A DNA stretch of 64,000 bases, taken from assembly GCA_012295275.1 (NCBI GenBank), contig CM022665.1, forward strand, positions 42,470,001-42,534,000, in the 5' to 3' direction. This document shows positions 1-13,048 of this stretch, in pieces. Numbering within the stretch: position 1 is the stretch's first letter; each line of letters begins with the position of its first letter. The translations under genes were made by a program, and so were the position numbers. Under the pieces are notes generated by a model. The model was not told the DNA's origin, made no database searches, and saw only the letters and a list, made by a program, of their open reading frames with translations. The stretch is from Chrysomallon squamiferum (lineage: Eukaryota; Animalia; Mollusca).

Positions 1-3000
1 GCCTTTTTGTCGAGTTTGTCTAAAATTGGAAAAGAAAAACATACGACAATTTTAAATATTTTGTTTTTAAAAGACATCCTTTAAAACAATTATTAGGAAA
101 ACAATTCAGTTTAAAATTCTGTTTACAAAACAATTTAATAAAAGACTTAACTGAAATTTATAAAATTTGTTCTGTTGTAAGTCGTTCTAAAGAAAAACAC
201 TAATAATGCTGTTCACATTTAAAAATAAAATATAAAAAATCATTCTCCATTTTCTGATCCAGTATCCATGCAACAACTAAAACAGCTCAAATTAATTAAT
301 AATTTAAAAAAATATAATTGTTAAAACAAAACAAAATAATGTTTTTATTCTTACGCTGTCGGTTGAGTTGGGCCTGCATCCTGCGTTTCAGTCGTTCCTG
401 AGGTGTCAGCTTGTTCTGAAAATTTCAAACACGTCACCTAAATTATCACGAAACAGAAAACTCTCCATTCCTTGCCTCCAGTTCATTTACAAGATGAAAA
501 AGAAAACTTGTAAAACATCTTTGTAGAATTCAGCATCTTCTGCTGAGGACACTGATTTTCCTGTACATACAACTTAATATGTGTGGACCTGTGTTTCACT
601 TCACATACACATCTGATACCAGCACAAAACACACTGGGAAACTGTTTCCTATAAACAACAGCCTCCACAGAAATAAATGTTAACTCTCTCGCAACACTCT
701 CTCCTGAAAACTGTATTTTATTACAGGCAACTTATTTAACAAACTTCTTAGATCAAAAGCACTGTATGTTTACATACTGGAACTTTTTATAGAAGTAGAT
801 GATGCCCAGAAATGACACTAGATCAATACAAAAGATGATACGATATCCCAGCAATTCTGTCATAATTCAGTTTACAAGGGAAATCAAAATGTTACTGGAG
901 TGTATTTGAGAATATGTGTTTAACCATGATTTGGACATCAAACAGAAAAACTAAAAATGTTTAAGCTCAGCTAGAAATATCAAACAATTTTGCCTTCTAT
1001 TACAGAATATTTAATTAATAAATTATTTAAACAATTTTGTCCTTACATTCCAGATTATATCAAACACAAAGTCCACAAAGATCCAGTTTGTATAAAATTA
1101 TAATTAGAAAGAGTTTAGTTCTTTATTATTTCCCCATCACAAAATAATTCAAGAAAAACTATCCACATGTTAATAACAGCTCTTTGAACAGCAAACAACC
1201 AGTCATGAAAACTATTGCATGATTTACAGAAGATATGGTAAATGTTTCCATCTGAATAAGAAAATCTATTTCTGGATCTTCATAAAGCCATGCCTGTTTT
1301 CACAATACATATCTATGTACAGCAGAAAATAATCACTGACCACAGCAAAGCCTTTTTCACATTACCCTTTTTAAAAAATCCAACAAAACAAAGAAATGTC
1401 CTATGTTAGCCACATTACCAATATTAACCACTTGTTAGTAACAGGAACATTTACCAATAATCTAAAAAATGAAGCTCCTAATCAAACTAGAAATTTATTG
1501 GGAAACACATCAGATGTAGGGATACAGCTAAAATTTTACCTTTGCTATTTCAACATCTAAACAACTCAAAAGAAGACGACAAGTCTAGGCATAAAGTTTG
1601 GGAGAAAGAAAAAAATGCTTATTTTAAAGCAGCAACTCATTTTTCACTTAAATGAAACTACATTTATCAAAAGCATGTTTTGAATTTCTGTACATTCCTT
1701 TTTAAGCAAATTCAAGCAGAGGTTAAATTGAAATAGTAAAATAAATATTTAAAATGTTTGGTGATTCCAAAACCACGTAAACATATTTAAAGACAGGCCA
1801 ATTCAAAAACAAAAAAAAATTAAAAATTAAAAAATGCACTAAAAATTAAAAATAAGAAGTATTCTAACTTTTAGTCCCAAATAGTGCATTATATACTTAT
1901 ACAGTGAAAATCCAATTTTAACTAACTAAAATCATAAAAAATAAAAACTATATCGCTTATATGTTAATCCCAGTAATTTACATATTGAAAAACATTTATA
2001 ATTTAACAAAAAGTAAAATAAATAAATAAGGGTAAAAAGTATACAACATTGAAAACTAAAATATATTTCACATTATATTAAAAACGAAATAATCGTTATT
2101 TATGTTTTTAAAATGGACCACTTAATAGAAAAAAGAAGGTCAATAAATACCGGTGGAAAAAAGTATACAATACTGAGAACCGAAATATATTTCACATTTT
2201 ATTAAAAAATTAATTAATCCCAAAACCATGTTATAAAATGGACCAATTTCAAGAATATAAAAACTGGGAAATACAAACAGAAGCAAAATTTTCTTACTGA
2301 CTTTGTTTGACTGTGCAAGATTACCAGGCAACGTGATAGGTTTCATAGATCTGCAAGTAAACAAAAATTTTAAAATTTTAAATTATAATAAAGAAAACTA
2401 AAAACACAACTTTTATATATTTCTAATTATGATAAACAAAAATTAAAATATTTGAAATTATAATGAGCAAAAAAGAAAAATGGAAAAGAAAAAAGAAAAA
2501 AAAAGTAAAATACATCCCAAATATTTGAATACAGGACAAACAAGTAGTAAAACAAATCCTAAAATATTATTATAAAAAAAAATTACATTTGAAATAATAA
2601 TAAATAAAAATTTATACTTTTTAATCATTATGAATAAAATCTGAAAAATCTGAATGAAGTATGAATTAAAAATATAATTTTCTTTTTTATCAAAATTTAA
2701 AACAGTTTATGAAAAACAATATTAGAGTAGCATTTCACATTGTGAAAAAAATCTTTTTATCATTTAAAATAAAATCATTTACAACACATTATTTGTATGT
2801 GCTCTCACAGAGGGATTGGATTTTGAATCATTATTTCAACTGGTCTCTGTATCAGAATCTCTGTTACTCTGTATTAATCTATATTATTTATATGTTACCA
2901 TACAAACATATCATATGTTAATAAATATACAACAAAAACAAAACAAGGTAAAATTACCTTTTTAACAGGATTGGATTTTGAGTCATTATGATTTCCATTG

Positions 3001-3427
3001 GCCTGTATATGAGAATCATGTATCAGTAGCATGTTCACCAGCAGATGTGTGTTAATAGATATGTAACAAATGGAAAATGAACTAGAATTACCTTTTAACA
3101 GCATTGGATTTTGAGTCATTGTGATTTCCATTCGTCTCTTTATCAGAATCAGACAAGCTGGACTCAGAGGTGACACTTGGTCGACGATATCGTTTTATTG
3201 GAACTGTTCCTGTGGCATTAACAGGGGTTCGCGATTTTGATCTTGATCTGAAAGCACCAAAAAAAAACTGTCTTGTAAAGAAAATTTTGTTTATAACAGA
3301 ATACAAAACATTTCAAAAACAATAAAAAAAATATAAGATTCTAAGTTTACACCCTTTTTTTTTTTGATTAACTGAAAAACATTAAATGTTCAGATCATAT
3401 ATATATATATATATAAAATAAACATAA

Positions 3428-3481
<54 letters not shown>

Positions 3482-6400
3482 ATTCATATTTCTGGGGATG
3501 TTTTGCTCGATTATTTTTTTGTGATGATCAAAAATTGTATTTAAAAAAATGTTATTAGTGAAAAATTATTAGTATTTTTCAGTCATGACTGATATAAATT
3601 TAAACCCTTTTCTACAGTTCTGAATAAAAAATAAAAATAAAAATAACAAAAGCTTTTACTAATATGTCAGCATTAAAGCTTATTTTAATCAATTTTAATA
3701 ATAAATATAATTACTTTAAAGCAAAAAATTAAAGGATCCCAATTGCTTTAGTGGGTATCCTAAGAAAAACTCTATGCAACAAATGTCTGACATCCAACAT
3801 CAAATAACAACAAAATTATCAATATGCTGAAGTTGTGATAAAGTTAAAAAGAAAACTGTGTCTACCTGCTTGATCGAGACCTCGAGCTTGAGCTAGAAAA
3901 AGAACTAGATCGTGAACTGTTTGAGCGCGAGTGAGACTTAGATTTTAGAGATGACCTTGAACTAGCTTTCGATCCAGAACGAGATCGTGACCTCCTCCGT
4001 AAAGAGCGGGACCTCGACCGTGATTTCGTATACCTCCTGTACTGGTTCCTTCTGTCATAGTTTGACCGTCTCCTAGGAGACCGAGACCGTGAGAACCTGC
4101 TGTAGTCTCGCCGGTACCGACACTGATAGCCACGTGATCGGGATCGCGACCTCGTTCGTGATCGCAGTGAGCGGCGACTTGAGCGATCACTTCGGTATCT
4201 CGATGACGGAGAGCGAACTCGATCGTGATCGGACCTGCGACTACTGCTACTGCTGTGTTTCCTCGACCGTGGACTCCTGTAAGAGAGATGTTTTAAAAGT
4301 CCCAGTTAGTATGTGAAGAAGAGAATTAAACCGTCTGTCTGTCTGTCTGAAATCTTTCTCACTGCTTTCTCGTCTCAGAAAAGAGAATGATTTCAAGAGA
4401 TGTTTTTTTTTTTCCCCATTTGGGTGCAGACAGATCCAACATACTTACCATCAACTGGAAAATATTATAAGGCCAGAATTAATTTTTATTTGAATTTGTC
4501 AAAAACAACAACATTCATACATGTATATGTACAAAAATACATACAAATATATGTATATAAATATATACATGTATGATGTATGTGTATATGAACCTTTAAT
4601 AAACATATCCATATTATATACATTTATTAATGTTCATTCCTATTCCAGTGACTATCAAGGACATGTTTGTGTATGGCTTTCTGAAGATGTATAAAAGATA
4701 TTTTGTTGTTAGCAACCCATGCAATAATGGATTTATCCTCTAAAAAACAAATCATTATATAAATACCCATATCACTGTGTGAAAATGTCATTAAGATATG
4801 TCTACACTTTTTAATTCTCAAATGCAGGAGTAACAATCATTCCAGGAGGCAGACAAACCTCATTTTCCAGTCAGTTTCTAGATTTTGTGATGACTGGTTT
4901 GTAAACCAGAATTTCTCACAATCTGAGTGTGAGACTGGTACCTTTCACCCACTTATCCTCTGAACACTCAAAAAAAAAACCCCAGATTGTCCATGAACTG
5001 AGTAAATGTATATTAAATATCTTACATCAAAACAGTTCTTCACAAATACCTACCTTCAACCAAGAAAACTCCACAAAGAAAAGGAGGAAAAAAAAAAAAA
5101 AATTTACACAATCGTTTAACTGTAGAATATGTTTAACTCCAAGTCTATTTTTTTTCTCTTTTTTTTGTTTTGTTTTCAAGCCAAGCCTAGGCAAGGTCAA
5201 CAACGTACAGGCAGTTCTAAAAAAACCTTTTTTTTGTTTTGTTTTGTCTTGTGTATTATAAAATAACACAGGACCCCCTAGAAAAGCACAAAATGTAAAC
5301 ACCGACCATGAGCGTCTTTTCGAGCGAGATTGTTCGGACTGAGGTCCGCTTTCTGATGGCAGTGAAGGCCCATGAACCAAGAGAGTTTCTTCGTTGTCGG
5401 ATTCTTTGCCAAAACTCGTGATAAACAACTTTTTGCCGATGTTGGCCGGCGCAGGTGATGGGGATCTGGAGCATGAAGATGATGAGTCTCTGGAGAAAAT
5501 AAAATATATAAAAAAAAAAAATGAATTAATGTAAAATAAGACACGTTTTGACAGACAATACTTCAATCACGTTTAATTCCTAATGTTAAGATTTTTTCAT
5601 TCATCTGTTTCACCCATTTCTAAATATTTCTAACTGATATGAGATCTAATTTTCATCTGATAACATGTTTATTTAATTCCTTAGAAACAAACTTAGAATT
5701 TGAAATAATAATGGAATATGTTTCTGAGTATCATGAAAATAATCTTTTAAATTGTTATTATAAATAAACAAAAAGAAAACAAAATTCTAAAATACAACAC
5801 TTACTTTTTATAAGGTTCATATTTAGGACTGTCTCTGGCTGCATAACTGAAACAAGAAATTTTTTTTAGTTTTATTACAAATTATTATTCATTAATGTGC
5901 ATAGATGTCATTAATTATTGTTAATGACTGAAAATTAGCTACAAATTAAAGAAACAATTTTTTTATTCATTTTGTTTTCCAAATCCTTAAATTTTAAATC
6001 AGCATTTTCTCTCTTTAGAAAATGATTTTGTTAAAATTAATATCCAAATTGCTAATGATAAATGCCTTTAATACATCTACATTTCTAAAAATGAAATACC
6101 ATTTATATTATTATGAATTAATGCAATCCCCCCCCCAAAAAAAATATATATATATATATTCTTGTATTCCAGAATATTGTATTAGTAGTTAATATTAACT
6201 AAAATGAATGGATAGGTAAATGAAAAATCTTTCAGTCTTCATATTACTGGAATAAAACATTACACTGAAAGAAAACCAGTGAGAAAAAGGAAGTTTACTG
6301 ATAAATGAAAATATTAATTTATTTCATCCAAAAGTCAGATGGCATTTTTCTAGTAATCAAAATATCTTAAAATCTTAAAAAAGACATCAGGAAAATTATT

Positions 6401-9400
6401 CTATACGACAGTGATCAAATTTAAACTTTAAAAAACCCAGATAATATTAGATTTAATAAATAAAATAAAAATTACACTCTATTTACACACTATTTATTTG
6501 GTTGAAATTAAAATTTTGTAAAGGTTATTTGTTTTCTTAATAAATCATTTTTTAGATATTTATAAAAATAATATTTAAATAAATAAAATGTTATATTTTA
6601 AATGTTACTCATAAATTCAACAAACAAATGGGTATGGATTTATAAAAATAATATCTTTAAATAAATGAAATTATAAAACATACTCTTTTTATCAGAGACA
6701 TAATATTTAAAAATGTATTTAATATATTAACAAAGAAAGATATAAATTTAATAAATAAAATATTAAAATAAACAAAAATAAAAGGTTTACCTTGGAGGAC
6801 TGATCTTCCGTCCAGCTAATCGTTTTTCTTTAAATGCACGTCTTTCTCTCCTTGACTTCCGACCCTGAAATAACAACAATAAACATTTTGATTATTCTAG
6901 ATATTAGTAAGAAAAACATCATATAAATTACACACATTTCAAACATTTCTCTGTCATCATTTTGTTTTCTTTTTCAAGCAATCAGTTTAGCTAAATTAGA
7001 AGTACAACAATAACATAACAAACTTGTGAAGTTGCATGGATGCAAAGAAAGTCAAGTTTTCTTCTTCTTCTACATTTTTATTTTTGTATTTTTTTTTTTT
7101 TTTGTGGTGTTATTTTGTTCACAGAAATTTAAAATATAATATCTGAGACAATGTTTAACTGTACAACTGAGAAACTTAAAATTTTGAATAAGGTCAATTT
7201 AAATCAGGGGTTGGCAAACTTTAGACCATTGACCCATTCATGGAATTCTCAATCACTACACAAATTAATACATGTTGAGGATCCCTTATCTGAAAATCTA
7301 AAATCCAAACAGGTCTGAAATCTGAAACATTTTCTAAGCAGCAGAAATAGCGATATAATCTAACATTTTTCAGATTGATTTGCAAATGCAAATTTTATTT
7401 GATAATCAAATTATTGAAAATATTAACAAAATAAAAGATCATATTAATCACAGGTTTCTTATACTGGTACAACAGCTATCAAACCCAGTATTTACCGACT
7501 TCCTTCTGACCCCTTAGATATTATCAACCCATTGCAGTTCCATCAACCCATCAGGAATCAACCCCTAGGAGTCAATACTGACCACTTTCTCAGTTCTTTG
7601 ATATAAATAAACTTACAGCAAACTGGGCTTTTTCTTCTTCTATGATTTTAGCTTGTCTTAGAGCTTCTAATTCTTCTTTGTCTTTTGATAGTAACCTAAA
7701 CAAAATAGAATTTTTTGTTTATGTCAAATGATTTAGTAAAACTCGTCACAAACAATACATAAGCAAGAAAAATGGTGATTGAAAAAAGCAAGTAATGATC
7801 ACGAAAAGTTTTACCTTTCTCTTCATGATGTGAATAAGTTCTACAGCTAAGAATTGTTAATACTAAAATATGTTGAGTTGTTGGTTGATGTATATGCTAT
7901 TTGTTTTCATTACAATTTGGTAATATTATATACATTTATATTAATTATCATTATGATTATGATTATGATTATGATTATTATTATAGTTTAAATTACCTAA
8001 CAAAGTCATCCTGTTTCATTCCATATATTTCAGCACACTGGTTAATTGCCACGATTTGATCTGGTGTCAGCTCATCAACGTTCAGGGTTATATCTACAAA
8101 CAAACAAAAACAGGATTGAAAACAGAGCAAAACTATGTCTATAATGGAATAGTTAGGAGTAAATAACTGCAAAACATTGTTTGCTGTTTTAACCCTTTCA
8201 GCATTTAATTTTGGTGCAACACAAAGACCAGCCCAAGATATTCTGTGGAAAATTTAACTTAAACTAGTGTGTTATGTCAAGATATCTTGCTAATGGCACC
8301 AAATGGGTTTATGAACCAGTAATATTAGGGATAAATCTGTAAAACTTTTATTATATAATATTGCAAACAGGTTTTTTTTGTGTATTTCTAAACTTTTTCC
8401 CTTTAAATTACTGACACAAGTCAACATTCACATAAATGCACACACACAGAGAAACTTTTAAAACAGCTGCTTTACTTTTCAAACAACAAGAGTTAGCTCC
8501 CTTTACTAACACAACACATTACACTTTTTGAAATATTATTTGTCAAAATAATTAACAACCATTTTCAAAATACCCATCAACAACTAAAAATCAGAGTTTA
8601 TAAAATAAATAATTTTGTTTATTAACATTGAATAAACAATGTGTGGAGATGTTAGGAAAGTATATTTATTCACAGATATTTCTCAACTTCGTGGACTTGC
8701 AACAAACTGTACAAATGTATAATTTCCAAAATTTCTCAAATACCTAAATCAGCGGCTTCAATGTCAGTGTCTGTGCTGTCGTCACTCTCTTCCTCCTCCT
8801 CCTCTGCAGCTGGTGTGCTGTCTTCATACGTGTACCCAATAGCAGCTTTCTTCCCTGCCAATCTACAAAAACAATAATAAAATAAATTTAAATTAAATAC
8901 TGAACATTTCTATGTGTGTACCTTACAGGACACTTTTTCCAAACCAATACTGTAGTATAGAAAAAGATTCTTTTTAAAATCTGATACAGAATATTTTCAT
9001 ATGTGTACTAATAGCAGCTTTCTTCCCAACCAATCTATAAATAATGTAAAAATAATAATAATAAAAAAAATAAAAATTAATTAAATATTGAACATTTTCA
9101 TATGTGTACTCAATAGCAGTCTATAAATAATGTAAAAACAAGAGCTTTCTTCCCAACCAAATTAAAAATTGTGTTAAAAAAAAAAAAAATTTTTTTAAAA
9201 ATTTATTTAACATTTTTATGTATGTACTCAATAGCAATTTTCATTCCAACCTATCTGCAGTGTAAATGTGTTTTTTAATTAAATATTGAATATTTTCATA
9301 TATTTTCTAAATAGCACCCAACAGCATCTTCCTGCAGTGCAAATAAATTTTTTTTTTTTTTTAAATTACAGTTATTATCACTAACCTAAATAACAGCATA

Positions 9401-12400
9401 AGCCTAAACATTACAAAAATTTTAAAATTAGACTAAACCTATTAACTATTATAGCAGAATTCTAAATTTAAAAAATAAATAAATAAATAAAACAATTATC
9501 AGCCAAAACAAATAAAAAACAGCATAAGCCTAAACATTTAAAAAATTATAGCATAATTATAAATATTTTTCTAAAATTACAAATCTAAACATTAAAGTAT
9601 AAATATTTTAAAATTATAGCATGTAAGTCTAAACATTTAAAAAATGAAAGGACAAATTTTAAAATTATATAAAAAGAATTACAAAAATTATCACCAACAA
9701 GTAAATAACAGCATAAACCTAAAAATTTAAAAACTTGTGATTTTTATAAAGGTTTATATTTTATTCCACAACGTATGTCTAAACATTTAAAAAGAACTAT
9801 AAAATATTCGTTTTAGATGCAAACTCACTTTTTCTTTTCTTCTTCAATTGTTCTGTCTGGTGGGCCAAACTGTTCGTCAATGTAAATCTGGTGCAAAGCC
9901 TGTTCCTCTGTCACTGAAATAAAGCAGAGGAAAAAATTAGAAAATACATTCATACTTAGGTACTAGACTCCTAGTAAAATAAAAAATATATTTTACAAAA
10001 TCTTTTCAAATAAAGCTAAATCAAATTCAACAAACTGGGAAGAACAAAATGGGAAACAAAGGTTCTAAAATTAATGCTATACAGTAAACTGATCCAAAAT
10101 TACATTAATTGTATATGCAAGTAATATAAAATAAATAACACTCTCTTAACAAGTGAAATTTTTTCTAGAATGGTAATGGGTCAACAATACACCAAGGCAG
10201 TAAATCTGAATATAATTTTCACACTTAAGACAGCAGATGTACAACAACAAACAAAATACAAAAATATCACCATGTGTGTGACAGTTTTTTTCTAAATTCG
10301 CATAAGTAATATTCACATAATTTAACATTCATCAAAGGCCCAATGAACAACATGAAACAAAATAAAAAGAAATAAACAGCAGAAGAAGAAGAAAACATTT
10401 AAGAGTTGCCTACAGCCTGCAGCTTCATTTTCAACCAGTGTGCGATACCGTTCATAGTTCAGATGTCTCTCTTCTTCTTCATCCACTTTAATCCTGAAAT
10501 ATTTTAATACACATACTAATAAACAAATTTTAATCTATATTTAAAAATGCCATTACTAGATCTCATATACGGTTTGCAATTTTTGCCCTTCTGACCAACA
10601 AATTTTCTTTTAATTAAAATTTGTTTTAAAAAAACCATTGTTTCCTTGTAAATAAAAATATTAAACTGTAATATTAATATTGTACTCTTTATGATATATG
10701 TTTAACCTGCAATTCATTTTTAAATATGTTTTTTTTTTTACATTTAATGTGATAAAAAAATGTGACTAGTATATATGTCAATATGTATGTGTGTGTGTGT
10801 TATTAAAATAGACTCATAGAGACTAATTACATGGAAGAAATATATTATGGCCAAACCTACAAGATTATTATTTTTTTGAAACATCTGCAAAAACAAACAC
10901 TTTAATCTGTACCTTATAATAGAGACTAGGCATAGAAATACAATAAATGCTGTACAAAAATAATGCACAGAATAAATTTCAAAAACTAATTAAAATAATT
11001 TCAAAGAAGATTTTTTACTTTTAGTTTCTACTCCATTAACTGTATATTAACAGAAATCTAGTTATTCAAGTTTTTTTGGTAATTTAAGAAATTAAAAGTT
11101 TTAAAAATGATAAAATGATAAAATGTTTATCAACACTTACGGTGGCTCTTTCTTTGGATCATAATCAGGGATAAAATCCAGGTGGGCTCGAACATCAAAA
11201 CGGTCAATTAAGTTGTCATTGTTACCTTGCCATGGCATCCTGTTTAATTAACATAGCAAATTAAAAAAATTATACTAATAATGATAATTTACAACTAATA
11301 ATGTATATAATTTCGAAACATTAAATTTAGAAGTTCGGAAATATATTTTTGAATTGGTTCATTTTAAAAAAATGCTATTCAAGATTACAGTAAATTAAAT
11401 AATCTATTTTAAATCCTTAAAGTTAAAATAACCATAAACATTTTTCCTTCAGTGTCTTATTCATTAATCTTGAAAGTGTAATAATAAAATTTGGGAAAAG
11501 AAATTAATTACACTGTATTTTTCTCCAGTTGAAAACGAATATATTACAGATTAAAAATAAAACGTAATACTGAAAATAAACAGTATTCACAAACATTAGT
11601 TTTGTAAAAAAGATTTAAACAAAATGAAAACTCACATGCTTTGTGGACTCTCAGCAGCCATAGCAATGGCAGGATCCAAATTAATCTTGTAGGGTCGGCC
11701 ATAGACTCTCAAGAACTGAGTGGGGTCCAATTTCTATAGTGAAAACAAACATAACTTTAAAATCCTTGGAATACTCTTCCGATTAATATATTTATTTCAT
11801 GTAATTAGTCTCAATTTAAAAAAATATACATTTATTTATTTATTTCAAATAATATATTTAAGATATTTAATCATTATCTGGTAACCAAAACGTGTTGGTC
11901 TGTGTGTTTGTGTGTGTATTATTTAGTAACATATTTCAACAGTTTATTAAGTGTCATACTGTTTTACTATAATCATTTTTAAAACAAAATTACAAAGTTA
12001 ACTAGAATGAAATTATTAATGAGTGTTTCACAAAACAAAAATATTTTTATATTATAGTCATTATTATAATTATTAAAATTACCAAAACAGGAAATTAACC
12101 TTTAAAAACAAAATAAAAAAGAAATTAAACCTTCAGCTCGAAACTGTTTACATTAAAGACATCTTTCTGCTAATTAAGAACAATATTCCAAAGCCACTGT
12201 GGAACAGTGACAGGCTCTTTTTTCCTTCATATTATTTTACAAAATAACTTTATATTCAACATCTAATAATTATTTCACAAACATTTTAACATGTCATTAA
12301 AAATAATAAAAAAAAAGATCGATATAAGCTAAAATAAAATAATTGCATGTAATTTATTGAAATAATAGATATTTAAAATTCTAATGCTTACAGTTTTTTC

Positions 12401-12490
12401 ATAGAATTCACGTCTTCTCTCTGCACGTTTTTTGAAATCTACCATCAACCCACGAATTTTCTTTTCCTGTTTTCTTGCTTCATGCCACAT
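1..12490 (-). CDS. CLASRP: CLK4-associating serine/arginine-rich protein (SFRS16/SWAP2), multi-exon, 3' end truncated by window edge
   Basis: Hand-spliced GT-AG exons with consistent phases: 12392-12490, 11636-11733, 11141-11239, 10414-10493, 9829-9913, 8744-8862, 7997-8093, 7617-7695, 6791-6864, 5805-5846, 5307-5489, 3866-4276, 3092-3247, 2302-2350, 355-415, <1-19. Translation includes MWHEARKQEKKIRGLMVDFKKRAERRREFYEK, MMPWQGNNDNLIDRFDVRAHLD, NYERYRTLV, KKAAIGYTYEDS, GRKISPPSYAARDSP, FITSFG, an RS-rich exon and KLTPQERLKRRMQAQLNRQ, all matching CLASRP motifs. Confidence 0.95.
1540..1556 (-). CDS. CLASRP: Candidate 17-nt microexon of CLASRP
   Basis: Minus strand reads cttgtcgtcttcttttgagttgtttag|ATGTTGAAATAGCAAAG|gtaaaa. 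In frame only if the upstream +4 donor (exon end 2298) is used. Confidence 0.35.
2958..3002 (-). other. Duplicated 3' end and donor of CLASRP exon 3092-3247, forming a potential 45-nt exon
   Basis: Near copy of ...AATGGAAATCACAATGACTCAAAATCCAATGCTGTTAAAAG|gtaatt, preceded by catatacag and followed by gtaatt. Confidence 0.5.
3432..3478. repeat. (GA)n microsatellite
   Basis: Direct dinucleotide run. Confidence 0.95.
7205..7597 (+). mobile_element. Decayed hAT-like MITE with a nested pogo/Tigger-like terminal fragment
   Basis: Starts CAGGGGTTGGCAAACT, a typical hAT-Charlie terminus. At 7269, TA-CATGTTGAGGATCCCTTATCTGAAAATCTAAAATCC resembles Tigger4/MER8-type termini. The right end is degenerate. 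Confidence 0.5.
8821..9345. repeat. Degenerate tandem copies of the acceptor and exon start of CLASRP exon 8744-8862
   Basis: The motif catatgtgtac..aatagcagctttcttccc..ccaatcta recurs near 8825, 9000, 9100, 9215 and 9295. Confidence 0.75.
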
Positions 12491-12659
12491 GATTGATGTT
12501 TTTGTATTCCACTTATTTTATGACATGTTATCTGAAATAATCAATATTAAAGTTTTTCACAAAAGACATTTATTCATTCATATGTTTCTTTTAAATTATA
12601 AATTATCTATGTTATAGAAAATAAATACAAGATAAGTAAACATATATATACATACAAAT

Positions 12660-12663
<4 letters not shown>

Positions 12664-12702
<39 letters not shown>
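12664..12702. repeat. (TA)n microsatellite
   Basis: Direct dinucleotide run. Confidence 0.95.
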
Positions 12703-12706
<4 letters not shown>

Positions 12707-13048
12707 GCTTTTAACAATATGAATATGCATTTCAAAAAAAAGAAAATCAATAATAAAATAAAAATAAGACAATATGAATTTCAACTTTGCCTCGTTACCA
12801 TTTAATATGATGTTTTATTGTTTTGAAACTATTGTTAATCTCATAGTTATTTCTTTTTTAAATGAAGTCATACAATAATGATACAGTAAACATGATAATG
12901 TACAATAAAGATTAATAAAGTTATAAAAATATGTTAAATAATTTAATAAATATATATTTAAAATATATAACAAATCTGGTTTGTTTGTCTGTATTTACCT
13001 TAATAAACTTCCTCTAAACTCAGATATGCATATGTATGTAGTTCTAAC

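Noticed and set aside
3945-4316. Alternative-frame and antisense ORFs over the RS exon
   Set aside because: By-products of GC-rich RS codons; the spliced frame is the RS-rich one.
5027-5566. 179-aa ORF as an independent gene
   Set aside because: Its core is CLASRP exon 5307-5489; the flanks are low-complexity intron.
8189-8310. piggyBac-like TTAA-CCCT...GGGTTTA relic
   Set aside because: The inverted match is too short and degenerate to support.
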